A stretch of 64,000 nucleotides of DNA, from assembly GCA_030603385.1 (NCBI GenBank), contig JAUVXW010000001.1, positions 224,001-288,000 on the forward strand, in the 5' to 3' direction. This DNA comes from Promethearchaeota archaeon (GTDB lineage: Archaea; Asgardarchaeota; Lokiarchaeia; Sigyniarchaeales; SOKP01). Shown one piece after another: positions 19,466 to 29,852 of the stretch. The notes beneath the pieces are model-generated. The model saw only the letters and a program-made list of their open reading frames with translations, was not told the origin of the DNA and made no database searches. Position 1 is the first letter of the stretch. The number at the start of each line of letters is the position of its first letter. Both the position numbers and the translations under genes were made by a program.

Positions 19466-20116
19466 ATGAAAATCAACAAAAAAGAATTAATCTCTATCAT
19501 CCAAAACACTGAAACATTTACTAAACCTAAAATTGAATTGGAACAATATTGCATTGATGCAATTAGTGCTGTTGATATTATATTATTCGCCGGTTTAGAA
19601 TATAATGATATTAATAATAAATTTATTGTTGATCTTGGCTCAGGAACAGGAAGATTATCTATAGCAAGTGCTTACTTAAAAGCGAATTCAGTTTTAAGTG
19701 TTGATATAGATTTTAACGCTTTAAATGTTTTAAAAAAGAATATACATGCCCTGAGATTAGAAAATATCATATTTCCTTTATGTACTGATGTAGGTAATCT
19801 TGAATTTTCAAAGAAGCACTTCTTCAATAATTTAAAAATCACTACTATAATGAATCCTCCTTTTGGAGTTAAAAAAAGAGCTGCTGATCGTATTTTTTTA
19901 GAAAAAGCTTTCTCTTTTTCAAATGTGGTTTATTCTATTCATCTAGCTGGAGACAAGGTTTTTAGATTTATCTCTAAGTTTTGTGAGAGATTTAATTGGC
20001 ATATTGATAATTTCTTTCCTTATAATTTGAGTCTAAAAAGAACCTTTCAATTTCACACAAAAAAAACTAAATATATTAATGTCAATGTATTTAGGTTTTT
20101 AAAAAATAGAATATAA
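19466..20116 (+). CDS. METTL5-like N6-adenine RNA methyltransferase
   Basis: PKIELEQY, DLGSGTGRL, MNPPFG, DRIFL and VYSIH motifs. Confidence 0.9.
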   Translation: MKINKKELISIIQNTETFTKPKIELEQYCIDAISAVDIILFAGLEYNDINNKFIVDLGSGTGRLSIASAYLKANSVLSVDIDFNALNVLKKNIHALRLENIIFPLCTDVGNLEFSKKHFFNNLKITTIMNPPFGVKKRAADRIFLEKAFSFSNVVYSIHLAGDKVFRFISKFCERFNWHIDNFFPYNLSLKRTFQFHTKKTKYINVNVFRFLKNRI

Positions 20117-20137
20117 ATTTATTAAATAATTAAATTC

Positions 20138-21442
20138 TTATTGAAATTTCTTCCATGAGTCTAAATTTTTAGGGTAAATCGCCTTACTTTCTAGCAGTTC
20201 CTCAATTCTTAGCAATTGATTGAACTTGCATGTTCGATCTGATCTACATGTAGCTCCTGTTTTAAGCTGCCCTGTACAAAGTCCAACTGCTAAATCTGCA
20301 ATGAAGGGATCCTCAGTTTCTCCAGAACGGTGAGATACCATAACATTAAATCCATTATTGAAGGACATTTTACACGCATTTATAGCTTCTGTAAGAGAAC
20401 CGATTTGATTCACTTTCAGTAATAAAGCATTTCCCGCTTTTTCATTTATAGCTTTTTCTAAGATTTTTATATTAGTTACCGTTAAATCATCGTCTACAAC
20501 TTGCATTGTTTTATCAATTTTAGCAGTTAAATTTGTAAAACTTCTAAAATCTTTCTCGTCAAATGGATCCTCAATTGATTTAAATGGGTAATCCCGAACT
20601 AAATCGAGATAATATTGTAATAACTCTTCTTCACTTAGTTTTTTTCCATCAATGTTATAAATGCCATCTTCATAAAATTCACTCGCTGCCGCATCCATTC
20701 CTAAAACAAAATCAGTGCCCATTAAAAATCCTGCTTCTTCGATTGCTTCAATTATAATATCAACAGCTTCGGATGTTAAAGATAAGTTCGGGGCGAAACC
20801 TCCTTCATCTCCAACATTAATCGCGGAGGGGCCATACTTTTTAGCTAATAAGGTTTTTAATGTTTGGTATACTTCAGCTACATTCTGTATAGCTTCTGAG
20901 AATGATTTAGCGCCTATGGGTAGAACCATAAATTCCTGGATTGATATATTATTTCCCGCATGTTTTCCTCCATTGATAATATTACAAGATGGCAATGGTA
21001 AGAGATAATCTTGTCTTGTCTTATTGAATGCTAATTTATGAATATGAGCAAATAATGGTATTTCGGATAAATTTGCAGCTAGCTTAGCAACTGCTAATGA
21101 AACAGACAATATAGCATTAGCTCCTAAATTACTCTTATTTTCAGTTCCATCAATGATTATCATTTCTTCATCAATTTTTGACTGTTCTCGTACATCAAAA
21201 CCTAACAGTTTTTTACTTAGTATCTCATTGACATTAGATACTGCTTTTGTGACGTGTTTACCTTTAAAAGCTTTGCCACCGTCTCGTAGTTCAAGTGCTT
21301 CTAAAACACCAGTAGATGCCCCAGAAGGAACTGCTGCTCTTGCATATATTTTTCCTGCATAAACCTCTGATTCCACAGTGGGATTTCCTCGTGAATCTAA
21401 AATCCATCTTGACTTTATATTTGTTATTTTGAATTCAGTCAT
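20138..21442 (-). CDS. eno: enolase
   Basis: LDSRGNPTVE, VPSGASTG, VGDEGGFAP and SHRSGETED motifs. Confidence 0.97.
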   Translation of the reverse strand: MTEFKITNIKSRWILDSRGNPTVESEVYAGKIYARAAVPSGASTGVLEALELRDGGKAFKGKHVTKAVSNVNEILSKKLLGFDVREQSKIDEEMIIIDGTENKSNLGANAILSVSLAVAKLAANLSEIPLFAHIHKLAFNKTRQDYLLPLPSCNIINGGKHAGNNISIQEFMVLPIGAKSFSEAIQNVAEVYQTLKTLLAKKYGPSAINVGDEGGFAPNLSLTSEAVDIIIEAIEEAGFLMGTDFVLGMDAAASEFYEDGIYNIDGKKLSEEELLQYYLDLVRDYPFKSIEDPFDEKDFRSFTNLTAKIDKTMQVVDDDLTVTNIKILEKAINEKAGNALLLKVNQIGSLTEAINACKMSFNNGFNVMVSHRSGETEDPFIADLAVGLCTGQLKTGATCRSDRTCKFNQLLRIEELLESKAIYPKNLDSWKKFQ

Positions 21443-21548
21443 AAATATCCTATAAGTTTTTTTTTTTAGATATGAATATTAATAAGGAATTAAGGAAATT
21501 TAATTCTTAATATAATCTATTAAAAGTTAAATTCATCTATTAAAAAAT

Positions 21549-22520
21549 ATGTCTCTTGAGAATAGACCTTTCGTTGAAAAATATCGTCCCAGATTTTTAA
21601 GTGAGGTTGTAAATCAAGAAGGTATCATTAAACGTTTGAAACAATTTGTTAAAGATAAGTCTATGCCTCATCTCATTTTTGCTGGTCCAGCTGGTACAGG
21701 TAAAACAACTTCTGCGCTAGCAATGGTTCGAGAATTATATGGGCGAAAGATGGCAAGGAATAGGACATATTTAGAATTAAATGCCAGTGACGCAAGAGGT
21801 ATAGATGTCATAAGGACATTTATCAAGGATTTTGCCAAAGCATTACCAGCTATAGACATTCCATATAAAATATTGATCTTAGATGAAGCAGACAACATGA
21901 CATCTCCTGCTCAACAAGCTTTAAGGAGAACAATGGAAAAATATACAAAAAATTGTCGGATGATTTTAATCTGTAACTATTCAAATAAAATTATTCCGCC
22001 TATTCAATCAAGGTGTGTTGTGTTTCGATTTTCATCCTTAAGCAACACTGATATCAAAACCAGGGTGAATTATGTAGCAAAACAAGAAAAGATAATCCTA
22101 ACTCCCGGAGGTCTAAATGCGTTAGTAGATGTTTCTAGAGGTGATTGTAGAAGGGCTATAAATTACTTACAATCATGTGGCACGATCTCTAAAAAAATTG
22201 ATAATGATATTGTTTTTAGAGTTGCTGGAGAAGTCCCTCCTGGAAAGATAAAAGATATTTTAAAGGCTGCTTTAGAAAGACAATTACAATTATCAATTAA
22301 ACTATTAAATGATTTAATCAATGATTATGGGCTCTCAGGACAAAATATTATTAAAAATATTTATAGAGAAATTTATGACTTAAATATTTCTGAAGATTTG
22401 AAAATTGAACTAACTAAGCTTTTAGCTGAATTTGAATATCGCCTAAGTCAAGGTGGAACGGAAGAAATACAGTTGCAGGCATTACTCTCTAAAATCGTGA
22501 TGTTGCAGGAGGCTGAATAG
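21549..22520 (+). CDS. rfcS: replication factor C small subunit
   Basis: VEKYRP, GPAGTGKT, LELNASDARGIDVIR, LDEAD and IQSRC motifs. Confidence 0.96.
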   Translation: MSLENRPFVEKYRPRFLSEVVNQEGIIKRLKQFVKDKSMPHLIFAGPAGTGKTTSALAMVRELYGRKMARNRTYLELNASDARGIDVIRTFIKDFAKALPAIDIPYKILILDEADNMTSPAQQALRRTMEKYTKNCRMILICNYSNKIIPPIQSRCVVFRFSSLSNTDIKTRVNYVAKQEKIILTPGGLNALVDVSRGDCRRAINYLQSCGTISKKIDNDIVFRVAGEVPPGKIKDILKAALERQLQLSIKLLNDLINDYGLSGQNIIKNIYREIYDLNISEDLKIELTKLLAEFEYRLSQGGTEEIQLQALLSKIVMLQEAE

Positions 22521-23366
22521 TTGATGCTTAAAATTAAAAGATTCTTTATTTTTTAAAAAGAAACTTTCCATTCTTCCCTTAGATCTTAGATCCTCACTTA
22601 ATTTAACTTTTTCTTCATAAATAATGTCCCATAATATTAATCCCCTTGGATCAGCTGGTTGATAAGAAAAGATTTTCAAGGGATCGAGTAATTGAATGAA
22701 ATCGTTATATAAAATCTCACCAATTCCCAACTCTAAAATTTTCTTAACCATGCGGCGAACTTGTTGCCTTAAAAACCCTTTGCTTTTAAACTGAAAAATT
22801 AAAAAATCACCCTCAATTGATAATTTTACTGATTCCATATCTCGTTTAGTATTTACTTCGTTCTTACTTCTTTTTGAGAAATTAATAAAATCATGTCGCC
22901 CTTCTAAGGCTCTACAAGCTTTATGCATGATTTCAATATTTATAGAGCTAATATTCTGAAGATGCGAAAGTGGTTTTGGCACGAGATATATATAATGGCG
23001 TAATATCGCATTATATCGAGAAGAGAAATCTAAAGGCACTTTTGTATATGCCCAGATCCCTATATCATAGGGTAAAGCTGAATTAATTTCCATTAAAACT
23101 GGTTCTTTTTCCAATATACAAGTAAAATAAGCGCCACGAGCAGATACAAGTCTATCTGTTCTGCTCGCCGCCTCAAATCCTGAAAGTTTAATGTTGTGAA
23201 TATATTTTTTTTTCATTAATGCTTTTAAAATACAATCTTCTATAGTCAGAAAATTAGATTGTCTTTGAGATCCGAAAAATTTCGATTTTCCTATATAATA
23301 TATTTTAAAAAGGTACTTGCTTTTTTCCATAGTTTTTATATCAACAATATTTAGTACTTCAATCAA
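22482..23366 (-). CDS. truA: tRNA pseudouridine(38-40) synthase TruA
   Basis: GSQRQ, ASRTD, GRHDFINFS and FLRQQVRRMV motifs; true start may be the internal Met. Confidence 0.9.
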   Translation of the reverse strand: MIEVLNIVDIKTMEKSKYLFKIYYIGKSKFFGSQRQSNFLTIEDCILKALMKKKYIHNIKLSGFEAASRTDRLVSARGAYFTCILEKEPVLMEINSALPYDIGIWAYTKVPLDFSSRYNAILRHYIYLVPKPLSHLQNISSINIEIMHKACRALEGRHDFINFSKRSKNEVNTKRDMESVKLSIEGDFLIFQFKSKGFLRQQVRRMVKKILELGIGEILYNDFIQLLDPLKIFSYQPADPRGLILWDIIYEEKVKLSEDLRSKGRMESFFLKNKESFNFKHQLFSLLQHHDFRE

Positions 23367-23531
23367 AGATGTAAAAAATCTAAAACATTTTTATTTTATT
23401 GATACGATTTTGATTTTTACAATGTGTTGGATTAAAGAAAAACATTTTAATCTGAAGGATATTTTTTATATTCAAAATTTAATTATGGTTTATAAATTAA
23501 CAATTTTTATTAAAATTTTAAATGAAATGCC

Positions 23532-26500
23532 ATGGTCAAGATCATTGCTTCACTAAGAAATTTCCGTGATCGCATCAGAACCTCAATAAGCATAAAAACG
23601 CAAAATGTCTTATTTTTCTTCGCAATTTTTATGGTTGTATTCTTAGCCATTTTATTAAGGATCAGTCCAATTATTAGAGGACCACGATTAATTAAAGCGT
23701 TTGATCCTTGGATACAATGGTATAACGCAGAATATTTATCGGAACATACTTTATACGAATATTTTTCATGGCGTGATTTTAAGAGCTGGTATCCAACTGG
23801 ATTTAACCGTGGATCTCTACGTCCAGGTTTGACCTTTACAGTTGTTATTATATATAAAATATTAACCTTTTTTGGAATTCCTATCTCACTGTATGATATA
23901 TGCTATTTTTTCCCTGCAATTATAGGCGGTCTAACGGTATTAGTCATTTATTTCTTAGGAAAAGAAATTCTTGATCGAGGGACTGGACTAATTGCTGCTT
24001 TTTTTCTAGCCTTTAATCCCGGTTATATGCAGCGTACAATGGCAGGATTCTTTGATAATGAAACAATTGGTGTTTTTGCTACTCTATTGACATTTTTATT
24101 TCTTTTAAAAGCTATAAGAACTGGAAGATTTCTATTTTCTATTCTTGCTGGTCTTTCCTTAGGGTATTTGTCTCTAAGTTGGGGTGGTTATCAATTTGTT
24201 TACTTAATTATCCCATTACTTTGTATTATATTAATCCTTACTGAAAAATACAATGAAAATATACTAATTTCTTATGCTGTTGTAGAAGGAACTGGTTTGT
24301 TAATCTTTTCTTTATATACAGGTTTTAGTTATGATTCCTTATTCTCAGATTTAGAAATAGGTGGCATTTTTCTATTTACCATAATTTTAATTATATTTCA
24401 TATAATACAAACAAAAAAAGCCGAACAACCATCTTTATATAAAAATATTATAAATTTTGTAAAGTGGGGTTTTGTACCCGCATTAGTAATTGGTGCAATG
24501 ATTATATGGATTGCTCCTGATATTCTTCCTTTTGGTTTTGGTGGGCGGTTTCAAACGATCCTTAACCCTTTATTTCGCGAGGATGTAAGTCTAATAGCTT
24601 CAGTTGCAGAACAGATGCCAAGTTCATGGAGTGTTTTCTATTATAATACATTAATTCCATTAATTTTAACACCTCTAGGTGTTTATTTCTGTTTTAAAAT
24701 TTTAAATGCTCCAGAAATTTTCCTAATTGCGTTTGTAATTCTTATGTTCTATTTTACAGGAAGTATGATTCGGATTATATTAATGTTTTCACCTGCAGTT
24801 GCTTTGATGGGGGCATATGGATTAGTAAGTATTTTAAAAATTTTTGGTAGTTTTTTAGGAGAAAGGAGAGAGGGCATTAGTAGAAAACGTAAAAGACAAT
24901 TAAAAAGCACAATAGGGAATTCTGAAATCCTTGCTATATTTATGGTTGTTGGGTTTTTAGGTGTCGCTCAAATTGTTCATTCAACAGATATTTCAATTGA
25001 CCAATTTTCTTATAGTCAAATATCACCGGCGGGTGTTATTCATGATTGGGAAGAATCTCTGATGTGGATGAGATCTAACTTAGAAGGGACTGATGTAGTT
25101 GTATCTTGGTGGGATTACGGCTACTGGCTTACCCCAATAGGCAACGTCACTACAGTTAATGATAATGCAACCATGAATTCAACTAGAATCGGTTTAACAG
25201 GTATGGCTTTAATGCAGACTGATGAAATTTACAGTGCAAAAGCATTTCGTAGCTTAGGTGCAGATTATGTCTTAGTTTATTTTGGTTTAATGATTAGTGG
25301 ACTAGGAGGAGATGAAGGAAAGTGGCCTTGGATGGTAAGAATTTGCAATGACAGATATGCAAGTTATAAAAGGTTAGGTATGGAGGAAGATAATTGGGGT
25401 GAAGATTTTGTATTTAACGAAAGTGAGTACCAAAATCCTGATACTGGAAGAATGGGTGCTAAGTGGTTTAATAGTCAGTTAGTTAAGTTGATGTTTTATG
25501 GTGTCCCAACTAATCCGGCTGATATAGAGCAAGGAGACATAAGGGCGACTTATGTTAATACAATTAACAATGAAAATAATCCTACTGATGATGGTAAATT
25601 ATGGAAAGATTATATCCCTAACAATGGATTATATGATTTTAACATATTTTATCCAATATATATCTCAGCTTTAGGTTTAGTTAAACTTTATAAAATTGAC
25701 TATACAATCTTAGAATCTAGTTTTATGATAGAAGAAGCAGAACTTTTTGAAACTGGATATGCTACATTCAACCTAAAAAATACTGGTACGAAAGATTTAA
25801 CCATAAAAAGTGTTGAAGTAAATGGAATTGAATATGATTTTGTAATGCGTGAAAGTGGTGATCCTACTATAGTCGAAAGTGGTGATTCAGAAATGGTTTG
25901 GGTAGACATTAAATCGAAGGGTACAACTTTTCAGGAAGATGATGTTGTACATATTAATGTAACTGCAGAATCTGTAGCATTACAAGGAAAAAAATATGAA
26001 TTTTCGAATGTTACGAAAAATTTCTTTGTAAAAGAACCGGAACAAGGCGCTATTAGAATTAATAAGGAAAACAGTAAAGTAATCCAAAAAGATTCTTCAA
26101 CAACTGACATATATCTTGAAGTAGAAAACATTGGAGATACAATTGAAGTCTTGGAAAGGTTCTATCTCAATACCGATACTGTAGAAAATAGAATTAATCC
26201 TAATAACATTGATTATCTAAGTGGTTCATCTATTTTAAAACCAGGAGAAAAAGTAGATGTATATATAAATGATGTTTTTACTGACTTTTACCCTATTAGG
26301 AATTATAATAAGATTGGAGTTGCCAGTCCTAATAATGTAAGTGATGAGGTGTTATTTACTTCAACTATGGAAAATTATTCTATCTCTATCTTAAGTAAAG
26401 AGAGAATAATCTCCCCCGAAGCTTTAGCAGCAATTAATAGTAATGATAGAAAACATATTCCTATTAATTTCAATTTGTCTCATGGCTTTACTTATGAAAA

Positions 26501-27455
26501 TGGAAGTACAATACTTAAAATTAATGTGAAGAATACTGGAGATATTATATTTGGGATAGATTCAATTTATTTAACAGAATCTTTGATTGAAGTTGATTTT
26601 GCTGATTTCTATACAGAAAGTGGAAGTCTACTTTTGGATAAAGACGATGAGGATTTTATAATTATTGAAGCAACTGACTATGGGGATTTTGAAATCAATG
26701 ATGAGATTTTAGTTTGCATCACTGGAAGCTTCGGGACAACAGTGACTTCAGATATAGGCTATATTCATACAATAAAAGATGAACCAGATATTCAAATAAT
26801 TGAAAATATCGATAATACAATGACATCCTATATTTATGCAAATGAAACGGGGAAATTAGTAATTAAGAACACTGGAGATGAAACAGTAACAATTGATAAA
26901 ATATATGTAAATTCCTCTTTAACTAGTAATGTTACATATCTCTATGGAAATCCTTCTTTAGATGTTCAAGAATGTGCAATAATATCATTCGATATTCCGA
27001 ACTTGATGATAAATAAATCAAATGAGATGATTGTAAATGTTACAACAGCAATTCCATCAGTATATACTAATACAACATTAAATGCTTATGTGGATCCCGT
27101 ATATTATGATATAACAATTGATGATGATGGCACTTCTATAGAAAGTTCTTTTAACATGACTTTATTATTTACTAACACTGGAGAGTTCAATGTTACAATT
27201 GAGTCTGTTTATGTAAATGATACTTATATACCATTATCTCAACTTTATGCTTATTTTAATGATACTTGGGTACCATTAACTAGTAGTAATATAGAGGCTT
27301 TTGAAATTGGTGCTGGAAATTCAATGGAATTAACAATCAGTGTTAATGATCTCGAATTGATAACAGGACTAACGATTAATGTTGATGATGAAATAGTAAT
27401 CACTATACGAACAGAAGAAGGTGCGGAGATTATTCATGAAGAAATTGTTACATAA
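23532..27455 (+). CDS. aglB: oligosaccharyltransferase AglB/STT3 with long C-terminal repeat extension
   Basis: FDPW, GFFDNE, SVAEQ, SWWDYG, DNAT and DEGKWPWMVRI motifs; about 13 TM segments. Confidence 0.93.
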   Translation: MVKIIASLRNFRDRIRTSISIKTQNVLFFFAIFMVVFLAILLRISPIIRGPRLIKAFDPWIQWYNAEYLSEHTLYEYFSWRDFKSWYPTGFNRGSLRPGLTFTVVIIYKILTFFGIPISLYDICYFFPAIIGGLTVLVIYFLGKEILDRGTGLIAAFFLAFNPGYMQRTMAGFFDNETIGVFATLLTFLFLLKAIRTGRFLFSILAGLSLGYLSLSWGGYQFVYLIIPLLCIILILTEKYNENILISYAVVEGTGLLIFSLYTGFSYDSLFSDLEIGGIFLFTIILIIFHIIQTKKAEQPSLYKNIINFVKWGFVPALVIGAMIIWIAPDILPFGFGGRFQTILNPLFREDVSLIASVAEQMPSSWSVFYYNTLIPLILTPLGVYFCFKILNAPEIFLIAFVILMFYFTGSMIRIILMFSPAVALMGAYGLVSILKIFGSFLGERREGISRKRKRQLKSTIGNSEILAIFMVVGFLGVAQIVHSTDISIDQFSYSQISPAGVIHDWEESLMWMRSNLEGTDVVVSWWDYGYWLTPIGNVTTVNDNATMNSTRIGLTGMALMQTDEIYSAKAFRSLGADYVLVYFGLMISGLGGDEGKWPWMVRICNDRYASYKRLGMEEDNWGEDFVFNESEYQNPDTGRMGAKWFNSQLVKLMFYGVPTNPADIEQGDIRATYVNTINNENNPTDDGKLWKDYIPNNGLYDFNIFYPIYISALGLVKLYKIDYTILESSFMIEEAELFETGYATFNLKNTGTKDLTIKSVEVNGIEYDFVMRESGDPTIVESGDSEMVWVDIKSKGTTFQEDDVVHINVTAESVALQGKKYEFSNVTKNFFVKEPEQGAIRINKENSKVIQKDSSTTDIYLEVENIGDTIEVLERFYLNTDTVENRINPNNIDYLSGSSILKPGEKVDVYINDVFTDFYPIRNYNKIGVASPNNVSDEVLFTSTMENYSISILSKERIISPEALAAINSNDRKHIPINFNLSHGFTYENGSTILKINVKNTGDIIFGIDSIYLTESLIEVDFADFYTESGSLLLDKDDEDFIIIEATDYGDFEINDEILVCITGSFGTTVTSDIGYIHTIKDEPDIQIIENIDNTMTSYIYANETGKLVIKNTGDETVTIDKIYVNSSLTSNVTYLYGNPSLDVQECAIISFDIPNLMINKSNEMIVNVTTAIPSVYTNTTLNAYVDPVYYDITIDDDGTSIESSFNMTLLFTNTGEFNVTIESVYVNDTYIPLSQLYAYFNDTWVPLTSSNIEAFEIGAGNSMELTISVNDLELITGLTINVDDEIVITIRTEEGAEIIHEEIVT

Positions 27456-27478
27456 GAGACACCGCGGATATACTTCAA

Positions 27479-27502
27479 TTTTTTTTTTACTGCTTTTTTT
27501 TT
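27479..27502 (+). terminator. poly-U terminator after aglB
   Basis: T10 and T9 runs. Confidence 0.5.
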
Positions 27503-27609
27503 AGAAAAAATCAAAAGATATTATTCATTAGAATATCTATAGACTTATCTTTTATATATTATATTTTGTATAAATTAAAAATTAATTAAACATAATAAGT
27601 AAAAGTTAT

Positions 27610-29646
27610 ATGATTATGGACTTTCAATTACAAACTGATTTTGAACCTGCTGGTGATCAACCCTTAGCTATTCAAACTCTAACCAAGAATATTAAAAATG
27701 GTAAAAGGTTTCAAACCTTATTAGGTGCCACTGGGACAGGAAAAACTTTTACAATTGCTCAAATAATACAAGAAGTTCAGAAACCAACATTAGTAATGTC
27801 TCCTAATAAAACATTATGTGCTCAATTGTATAATGAGTTTAAAGAACTCTTTCCTGAAAATGCCGTTCACTACTTCGTTTCTTACTATGATTATTATCAG
27901 CCAGAAAGAATATTTCATTAAGAAATATCTCTGGAAGCATATATGCCTGTTTCAGGGATGTTTATAGAAAAAGACTTCAGTGTGAACGAAGAAATAGAAA
28001 GATTACGATTGGCTGCCACTCACGCTATCAGAACAAGAAAAGATGTTATAATAGTTGCTTCTGTTTCTTGTCTTTATGGAATTGGGAACCCGGAGGTTTG
28101 GACAGCAGTTTCTCTCAGTTTAGAAACAGGGCAAGCTATTAACCGAGGGGAAATGTTGAAAAGACTTATTAGTATTAATTATGAAAGAAATAATATCGAT
28201 TTTAAACCAGGTATAGTAAGGGTAAGAGGAGACATTATAGATATTTGGCCAGCATATTTAATTAATGCTATACGAATTTCACTTTTTGGGGATGAGATTG
28301 AATCAATTCAAGAGATACATCCAATTTCAAGTGAAGTATTAAATGATTTACCTAATTGCCGAATTTTCCCTGCTACTCATTTTATAATTCCAGAAGAGAA
28401 TAAAGTTAAAGCTCTTGAATCAATAAAGATTGAATTGAAAGATCAACTTGATAAATTTAGGAAAGCGAAAAAGTATGCCGAGGCACAGCTATTAGAAAGA
28501 CGCATTAAATTTGATCTGGAAATGTTAAGAGAAATGGGTTGGTGTAAAGGTATAGAAAATTATTCTAGGCATTTAGATAGAAGAGCTCCTGGTTCTCCTC
28601 CCATGACATTAATCGACTACTTCCCAGAAGATTTTCTTATTGTAGTTGATGAATCTCATGTTTCAATTCCTCAAATTCACGGGCAAATAGGTGGAGATAG
28701 ATCTCGTAAAAAAAATCTTGTGGATTATGGTTGGCGTTTACCAAGTGCCTATGATAATAGGCCCCTTACTTTTGATGAATGGGAAGATAAAATTAAATAC
28801 TCAATCTTCATGAGTGCTACACCCGGAGATTATGAATTAAAGAAAAGCGGGGAAATTTCAGCAGAACAAATAATTAGACCTACTGGTCTCGTAGATCCTC
28901 AAGTTGAGGTAAGACCTGCGAAGAATCAAATTGATGATTTGTTAGGAGAAATTAGAAAAGTCGTAGACAATAATGGTAGAGTTTTAGTTACTACACTTAC
29001 AAAGAGAATGGCTGAAGATATTGCGGATTATTATTCCGAGTTGGGGGTTAAGATAGAGTATTTACACTCAGAGGTAGATACTGTAGAAAGATTTGAGATT
29101 TTAAGGCAATTAAGATATGGAACTCATGATGTCATAGTTGGGATAAATCTATTGAGAGAGGGATTAGATCTACCTGAAGTTAAATTAGTTGCGATTTTAG
29201 ATGCTGATAAACTTGGATTTCTACGCGATAAAAGGTCTTTAATTCAAACAATTGGAAGAGCTTCTAGAAACGTAGAAGGGAGAGCAATTTTATATGGGGA
29301 TAGAATGTCTGAAGCGATGAAAACGGCAATAGACGAGACCAATAGGAGGAGGAATATACAGATTGCGTACAATGAGAAAAATAATATTACACCCCAAACA
29401 ATTAAGAAAAATATTTTAAAATCTTTATCTGAGGAAAAAGAATATAAAGAAAGAGAAGTGAAAAGATTAAAGCAAAGCGTTAAAGCGAAAATAGAAAGAT
29501 TACAAGAGGAAGGGGATATTGAGATTGTGATTGAATATCTTGAAAATAAGATGTATATGGCTGCTAAGGAACTTCGATTTGAAGACGCAGCATATTTGCG
29601 TGATAAAATTAAGGAGATAAAAAAGGCTTATAAAAAAACATCATGA
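27610..29646 (+). CDS. uvrB: excinuclease ABC subunit B, interrupted; proposed join(27610..27906,27937..29646), 668 aa
   Basis: [22 protein letters not shown]|[27 protein letters not shown] and UVR domain; both halves in the same frame with no other lesion. Confidence 0.93.
27907..27936 (+). other. candidate bulge-helix-bulge intron in uvrB (30 nt, contains in-frame TAA)
   Basis: 4-bp helix CCAG/CTGG, 3-nt bulges AA^A and AA^G, internal stem-loop; excision restores CCA GAA GCA TAT. Confidence 0.75.
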
Positions 29647-29687
29647 AATTTATCTTTTAATATTAACTGATTAAATTAGGAATCATT

Positions 29688-29756
29688 ATGAGCGAGAATT
29701 CGATTATTATCAAAGGAGCTAGACAAAATAATCTCAAAAATATTAATGTCATTTAA
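29688..29756 (+). pseudogene. uvrA: 5' remnant of a uvrA gene (22 codons)
   Basis: MSENSIIIKGARQNNLKNINVI* matches the UvrA N-terminus (compare 50269 MPDYIVIKGARQNNLKNIDVKI). Confidence 0.85.
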
Positions 29757-29852
29757 ACTCTCTTAGTCTTTTATAGTTGAAAAAGCTATATATAAAAATA
29801 ATCTATATATATCTATTGAATAATATATTCAAATTAAAAAAAGGAGAAAAAA

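Noticed and set aside
27610-29646. uvrB as two separate genes, an intein, or stop-codon readthrough
   Set aside because: The break is inside an invariant motif; 30 nt is too short for an intein and contains a stop; UAA readthrough would leave 10 extra residues at the damage-sensing beta-hairpin
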